NCBI RefSeq assembly: GCF_001194135.2 | Contig: NC_068981.1 | Location: forward strand, 159,613,085-159,659,635 | Reading direction: 5' to 3' | Origin: Octopus bimaculoides | Lineage: Eukaryota | DNA: 46,551 nt | In this document: piece by piece, positions 40,190 through 46,551 of the stretch | Layout of the letters: the number at the start of each line of letters is the position of its first letter | Numbering within the stretch: position 1 is the first letter of the stretch | Translations under genes and position numbers: made by a program | Notes under the pieces: model-generated | Told to the model about the DNA's origin: nothing | The model's database searches: none | What the model saw: only the letters and a program-made list of their open reading frames with translations

Positions 40190-42350
40190 TGGAAAGGAAG
40201 GAGAAAAATTTTCAAGCATTGAATAATTGCCCTACGACTAACGACAGTTGCAGTAGCAACAATAACAACTTCAATATTGACAAAAGCAACAACTGCAGTA
40301 ATGATAGCAAAAGCACAACACTAGCCGTGGAAGAAGAGGCATGAGTAAGGACATCCATGGTAGCAGTATCAGCGCTAAAGGTAACAGTAATGGCAACAGC
40401 AGCGCCGCAACAACAGCAGCGGAAATAACGATAGTAATGGCAGAAACGCAAGGGCTTGAACAACAGAAACAACAATGACAATAACAACGAAAAACAAAGC
40501 AACAGCTGGTACAACACCAACAATAATGACAGCAGCAAGGAGAAAATTAACAGCGCCAATAACACCAGTAACAATAACAAAAACAATAACAAAGGTTTCC
40601 TTTGCAGGAATAGCTTCCACAAGGAAGCTATACAGTCTCTCCCCAGAAGGCAAGCAAGTTAAACAGGAAGGTGCTGCTCAATTAGGAAAATTGAGGGTAG
40701 TACAGATCTTGCGACTTCCTCTGAAACTCTAGCTGCAACTGCTAGAAAGTAATATATCAATATATCTCTGCGTATTGTTAAAGTATCGTCGCCTGCAGTC
40801 GACCACGAACAGTCAAATAGAAAAGGGTCTTTGCAATATATGGATGAACATCCAGCATATATTTAGGGCAAAGCAGTTCAGCGGAGTCGAGATCCTAGTT
40901 GACACCGAACCTCTCTCACTTCAACACTCAGTGATCGCCCGCCGTAGTGATTGATGATTTTGCTCTGTTTGGGAAGAAAGACAATAAGGCTAACAATATC
41001 GGTTGGCTTTGAAGCGTTGGAAGCGAGTGATACTCTGCTGAATGAAAAGTGAATGAGGCAGGAGAACCGGACTGGGATCACTGTTGAAATCCTTCTTCAT
41101 GTAAAATCTGAACATCTGGATAAGATCCCAAACCTCAACTCCATGCCGAATAAGCTTTGGAGGGTAGAAGACCAAGATGCTTTCTTCCTATGCAATCAAG
41201 AAGAAAGAAGGGTCCTACTGCTGCCGACACCATCGCTGCAACAAACAACAGTATGAAACAACAACAGAGGCAATAGCATCAACAGCAGCAAAGCGTGAAT
41301 AAAACTGCAACAATAACAACATCAGTACCGACATCAACAATAGCTGTGAGAGCAACAGTGCAACGCCTACAATCGCAGCAGCAACCATGGAAACAGTAAC
41401 AGCAGTAGCACCAACAACATCAATACCTACGTCGTCAACAGTAGCAAATGAAGTGACGAAAAATAAGGATTGCAACAAAAACAAAGCAAAAAAGAGAAGA
41501 AACAAAACACAGAACAACAATGCATTCACATGAACACCACACACCGCCGAATCCACAGCAACAAATACCTCGTTACTGCCGCTACTTATACGAAAAGGAA
41601 CATATAGATGAAACACATAGATGAAACTACTGCGAACACACAGGAACAAAAGTAGCTGACTAACACACAGACCTAACAGGAACCAGATCAACAGCATCAG
41701 CTAAACATTCTTCTCCACTTACAAGAAATCGCATACACATCCAGCTTTGAGCTACTAAGAAGAAAAAGGTAAAGAACAGCTACATTACGCAGCACAAAGT
41801 GGAGACCAAAAGATAGCGGTAAGGACTTTCAATAAAGCAGTGTGAAAGTCCTAAACCTAAAATTGGTAAGGATGCCAGTCGACAGGTATAGGAAAATGAG
41901 AGTTTCCTGTATGACGTTCGAAACTCTAGCACCATGTCCTCGAACAGGGTTTCCCTAAGGAACGCCATACACAGAAGGTAGTGTAATACACCAGGTTGCT
42001 TACAGAAGAGCAGTTCAGATATGTGAGCCTTTTTCTTCTTCCTTTCTTTCCTACTAATTTGGCAGTCCTGAAAGTAGGTTACGTCAGTGCTCGTAACCTG
42101 GGCTCACCCTGGAAGCAGAGAAGGCTGCCGAATGCCCACACTTCGCTGGCTGTGGATGTGGTAGCAATTAGTGAGATCAAGATTTCCGGAACATTCATTT
42201 TGGCGTCCATTTTTGATGACTTTGAGATCTATGTATCTCTTAATCATCTGGCGTGAAGGCGGGATGGCGATTTTCTTTAGGAAAGGTGCAGATAGCACTA
42301 GAGAAGATTCCTGATCATATAGACCTGCCAAACGGAACTAACTGCTCGTT
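40190..42350 (+). mobile_element. L1/Tx1-like LINE 5' remnant: decayed ORF1 and start of ORF2 APE endonuclease
   Basis: LKVGYVSARNLGSPWKQRRL...VDVVAISEIK resembles an APE N-terminus; upstream LDKIP...VEDQDAFFLCNQEERR resembles a decayed ORF1 knuckle; left boundary uncertain. Confidence 0.6.
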
Positions 42351-42940
42351 ATGGTGACCGGTTGAAGGCTCAAGTTCCACACATGTAGTATCACCAACTA
42401 TCTAAGTAATTTCTTCCCACAACAGAAACAAACAGAAGACCGGACTGCTGCCGACACAGCAGTGGTAATAATATCAAAACCAACAAAAATGTTATTAAAC
42501 TAACGTCTGGTGAAGATCATGCCATTAGGGCCTTGTTAAAAAGATTCTCAGAGGAGGATATGAGCATAAATCCTGTAAATAATTGTTCAAATCTTTTAGT
42601 GAAGTCTCACAGTAAAGTATTCATTCAAGTAATATCATAATATATGAAGTTCTTTAAAACCAGAAGCCATATTCCACAGTATATCTAACCTCCCCATCGA
42701 ACTACTAGTTTCTTTGAATAATACGGTTCGCATGGCAATCGAGTTGGGTCATATGACCCAGTAAATAAGTCAAACTTGCAACATTTCAAGCACAGAAATA
42801 TCATACCTCTCCTTTCTTTTCTTTTATAGTGTATTTGACTTGTGATATCTTCTTGTTTTCAAATGTAGGATTATTGAACATGGATTAATTTTCAGTCTCA
42901 TAATATTTGGGTATGGATTAATTTTTAAATTCATCTATTG

Positions 42941-43212
42941 TTGTAGAAGCCAGTGACACTTGCTGTGAAAGTCAGCTGTACTTGTAAAAGTTAACTGCAC
43001 TTGCAGAAAAAGTCAGCTTCACTTGTTATAAAAGGCAGTTGCATTTGTAGAAGCCACTCGAGCATATAGAAACTATATGCCCTTGTAGAAGGCAGCTGCC
43101 GTTGATGATATCAGATACTCCTGTAGAAGCCAATTGCCCACTTAGAAGCCAGCTGCCCATGTAGAAGCCAGTTGACCTTGTAGAAGCTAGCTACTCTTGT
43201 AGAAACCAGATC
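42941..43212. repeat. ~19-bp minisatellite, about 14 diverged units (consensus TTGTAGAAGCCAGCTGCCC)
   Basis: ttgtagaagccagtgacac, ttgtagaaggcagctgccg, atgtagaagccagttgacc, ttgtagaagctagctactc. Confidence 0.85.
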
Positions 43213-43540
43213 AAATGTTTTAAATCTCAATATTGTACTTCATTGCTGCAAATGATTTTCAAACTCCTGCAGCAAGGAAGATAATTCCTCACTGAACGAA
43301 TCCCAATTTGCATACGTTAGTGAAACGTTCTATTTTCTTTGATATAAGATTTTTTCCGGCGAAGAATCTCTAGAAGCAGTGAAATAACTTCAAACATATT
43401 TCCTCTACATTTATTCTCTTTCTTTTTTTTTTTTTTACCTTTTCCTTAAGCCAGCAAGATTATAGGATGTGTCTGAGTCCATTCTGAAATATTTTACAAG
43501 TTTTCATAGCCAAAGGAATGAAGTGAGAAAAATATATAAA

Positions 43541-44038
43541 TACTGTGTTGAGTCAAAAGTTTTGCAATATTTTGAAAACTTATTTGCTTTCTTCATCAAG
43601 TTACAACAAAAGCAACCTAGCATTCAGAGTAGAGACCATCGCATTGCACAACCTGAAGCCACCAATCTGCCAGTATTTTGATTCCATACTGATACCAGTT
43701 CTTGTCCTGCGAGGTGAGAAACTTCTTTATTAAAGCTCCCACCTCTTCTTTGTTGCGTCTCGACTGTAGGCAGGGAGTCATGGATCGGAACAAGTAATAA
43801 TTTGAGGGAGCTATGTCTGGACTACATGTTGGGTGTGACATCAGTTCGATTCCCCCAAGTTCCTGAAGTTTATTCCGGGTAGCTCGAGCAGTGTGAGGTC
43901 TTGCACTGTCTTGCTGCAGAATAGCTCGCTTTCTGTTAACCAGTGCCGGACATATTAGCTTCACAATAGCATACATCCACTTCAGCTTTTCGTAGTACAG
44001 GCTGGCATTGACGGTTCGACCGTCCAGAACGAACTTGT
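43541..44038 (-). mobile_element. Mariner transposase 3' half with terminal repeat
   Basis: ILQQDSARPHTA...HPTCSPDIAPSNYYLFRSM...KILADWWLQVVQCDGLY; end tactgtgttgagtcaaaagttttgcaatattttg. Confidence 0.88.
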
Positions 44039-44445
44039 AATGAATTATCCCCTCTTAATTCAACCAGACGCAGAACATCACTGTGTTCGAAATTCCCATA
44101 TTAGGCGACAGGTTCCAGAAGTTGGCCCTTGCTTATGCACGCTAGGATTGCGGAAAAAAATCTCCGAATTATTGCTTGTGCCCATCTATGGTTCACTTCC
44201 TGTGCTCGCGACGCTTCATCAACCAAAAGGTGATGGAAATTCGAAGGTGGAAGCCTCGAAGGACAAGCAAGAACTGATATCAGCATGGGAGCAAAGAACT
44301 GGTAGAAAAGGGGCTTCAGGTTAAGCAACACGACTGCCCCTACTTTCAATGTTAGGTTGCTTCTTTTCTTCTTTTTTTTAATGCTTTTAACGAAGAAAGC
44401 AAGTAAGTTACCAAAATATTGCAAAACGTTTGACTCAACACGATA
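44039..44445 (+). mobile_element. Second mariner 3' half in opposite orientation
   Basis: SKDK..YQHGSKELVEKGLQVKQHDCPYFQC*; end caaaatattgcaaaacgtttgactcaacacgata is the inverse of 43541-43575. Confidence 0.75.
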
Positions 44446-44821
44446 ATACAGAAAATATATCTTCTTTCAAACCGAAAATTTTAACAAGTTCGCCACAAAT
44501 ATCATTCCATTCATTTTTCGAATTTACACATAACTTGAAAGAACAACAAAGTAAAGATAACTTGAGTTGAAATTCCAAGACCACCTGCCTTACAAATGTA
44601 CTCAGTATGTATGTATGTATGTATGTATGTATGTATGTATGTAGGTAGGTAGGTAGGTATCCATGTATGCATATGAGTAGCAGAATTCGCAACAATGAAA
44701 CAAAAGTAAAAAGAAATGTTTTATCTCATAGTTTTTTCTCTCTCCCTCCACCTCTCTCTCTTTCTCTCTCCCCTCCCCCTCTCTCTCTCTATCTCTGTCT
44801 ATCTATCTATCTATTTATTTA

Positions 44822-44849
<28 letters not shown>

Positions 44850-44852
<3 letters not shown>

Positions 44853-45090
44853 ACTCCAACATGGCTGCAGTCCAATGACAGGAATAAGTAATTATATACT
44901 AAACCTTTTTTTAATTTTCACTCTCTGTTTATTTCTGTGTTCCTTTCTGTTGAAGAGCGTAGGTTCGAAACGTAAAAGACTTTCTCACTTCCCGAGCGTT
45001 AAACTAATATATCTGTTTGTTGTTTACACACCCGTCTTCGTCTTTTGTTTTGCTTGCTTTTTTGTAAATTCCAACTATATATATATATAT
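44850..45090 (+). mobile_element. Putative PLE pseudo-LTR with hammerhead motif, ending in (TA)n
   Basis: Hammerhead core plus TA tail, preceded by a CT-rich tract; family assignment is inferred. Confidence 0.55.
44943..44978 (+). ncRNA. Minimal hammerhead-like motif with CUGUUGA core variant
   Basis: CTTT-CTGTTGA-A-GAG(cgtagg)TTC-GAAAC-GTA-AAAG; stem I CUUU/AAAG, 3-bp stem II, palindromic ACGT stem III. Confidence 0.55.
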
Positions 45091-46347
45091 AAATAATGCG
45101 GTTTTTTTATACTTCTTTTATTTTTCAAAATTAAGATAAACAAAGTTCTTTTTTAATCTAAAATATACTTTCCTTCACTTTCTACAATGCTCGTCCATCT
45201 ATCTGGTAAACTTGCAAGGCCCCTCTTCCAAAATTCACTTGTCCGTGACGAGAAATATTCCTCCAATACTGTTCTGACCTAGTCTACAGAATTCATATTT
45301 TTTCCGTCCAAATATTTTGAAGACTGCGGAATAAGTGATAATCAGATGAAGCAATGTCTGGCGAATATGGTGGGTGGGGCATCGGTTCCCATTCAAACTG
45401 CTTCAGCCTTTGGAATGTCATCCTCACTGTATGTAGCCGAGAACACCTTTCGTCTTGAAACCAAAGATGGTAGTTTTTCTTCTAGCGCTGACTTAAGACG
45501 CTCAAGCTGCTCGCAGTAGATCTCCTTTGTTATCGTTTGGTTTGGGTTTAAAAGTTCAAAGTAGGCTAAACCTTTCATATCCCACCAAACAGATAACAAC
45601 ACCTTACGTGGGTGAAGACTTTCTTTAGCCTGGAGTGCCGATCTTTCTCCTTTCCCTACCCACTGTCATCGATGCCTGACATTTTTATAGAGAACCCATT
45701 TCTCATCACTAGTCAATATTCGGTTCAAAAAAGGTTCATTCGTGAGGCGTAAGAGAACAAAGAAGAGTACACATTCACTCTCTGCGCGCGATTAGACTCG
45801 GAGAGTTTGTGAGCAACCCATTGACCCAATTTGCTGACTTTTCTTGATGGCAGGTAGGTGTCGATGAATGGTTGAATGACTAAATCAAAGCTCGTCTGCT
45901 AATTCAACAGTTACGATGGGATTTTGTTCCACCAGGGTTTGCAGGACGTCTTCGTCGAGCTCTACAGATCTTCCAGGACGAGGCTCGTCTTCTAGGCTGT
46001 AGTTTCCAGCTCGGAATTTCTGGAACCACCGTTAACACTGGCTTACGCTTATTGTCCGAACCCCGTATACTTCATTAATATTCCTCGCACTTTCCCTTGC
46101 GTTGCTGCCTTTATTGAACTCATAAAGCATAATATGGCGGATATGCCCCTTTGCTACTTCCATTATAGATCTGAAAAAATAACTGTTAAAATCGAACTGC
46201 ACTCTTCAAAACTTGCACTAGGATAAGTCCAAGGTAAAATTACTACCTACTTTTATAGTAAGTTGATGCAAGTAGTTTATTTCGTCTCCCTCCGATTTTT
46301 GGTTCATGCAATTGAAAAAACTGCATTATCTATGGGATGACCCTATA
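45091..46347 (-). mobile_element. Near full-length decayed mariner (ORF 46163 to 45153)
   Basis: MEVAKGHIRHIMLYEFNKG...RWFQKFRAG..LEDEPRPGR; LSVWWDMKG; WEPMPHPPYSPDIASSDYHLFRSL; intact right TIR (rc tatagggtcatcccatagataatgcagtttttt), clipped left TIR; the HQDNA segment appears deleted. Confidence 0.92.
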
Positions 46348-46551
46348 CCCCGGTGTCACGCCACTTCCGTTCTGCCGGCCACTCCTTGCGGCAACACCTG
46401 TCTGTGTTTGGATTGTCCATGCACAGGGGCCATCCGGACTCCCGTTTGCGCCGTGAACAGGGATTAATCTTCTATCTTCGCTCCTTTGCGCCACATGGGC
46501 TCAACTCCCCTCCACTCTTCATCTAACCCCCTCCTCCTGTCTCTCTCCCCC
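46348..46551 (+). mobile_element. Penelope-like GIY-YIG C-terminal fragment (stop 46524-46526) followed by CT-rich 3' region
   Basis: PVSRHFRSAGHSLRQHLSVFGL...RLRREQGLIFYLRSFAPHGLN resembles PLE endonuclease ends (HF..GHS..E..LI..L....P.GLN). Confidence 0.75.

Noticed and set aside
42941-43212. CRISPR-like array
   Set aside because: Units are contiguous without unique spacers, eukaryotic context, no cas genes.

Overview
AT-rich, gapped, repeat-saturated eukaryotic genomic DNA. The repeat families look like those of an octopod cephalopod (inference from recalled repeat consensus, not a database search). No intact host protein-coding gene can be supported; nearly all long ORFs in the track come from microsatellites or N-gaps. 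The window is a layered collection of decayed mobile elements: two Penelope-like retroelement (PLE) families carrying minimal hammerhead ribozyme motifs, several R4/Dong-type non-LTR fragments in (TAA)n microsatellites, four copies of a ~550-bp headless repeat that sits in TAA tracts, an old Ty3/Gypsy remnant with paired LTR-like repeats and a nested RTE fragment, an L1/Tx1 5' remnant, a hAT (Buster-like) transposase fragment, three mariner remnants, and many tRNA-derived SINE copies of at least three families. The best leads are a tRNA-like Pol III module placed upstream of a hammerhead inside a PLE terminal repeat, the TAA-associated headless retroposon, a head-to-head double-3'-end mariner, and SINEs with different heads sharing one tail. 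Boundaries of degenerate elements are approximate because they were read by eye.
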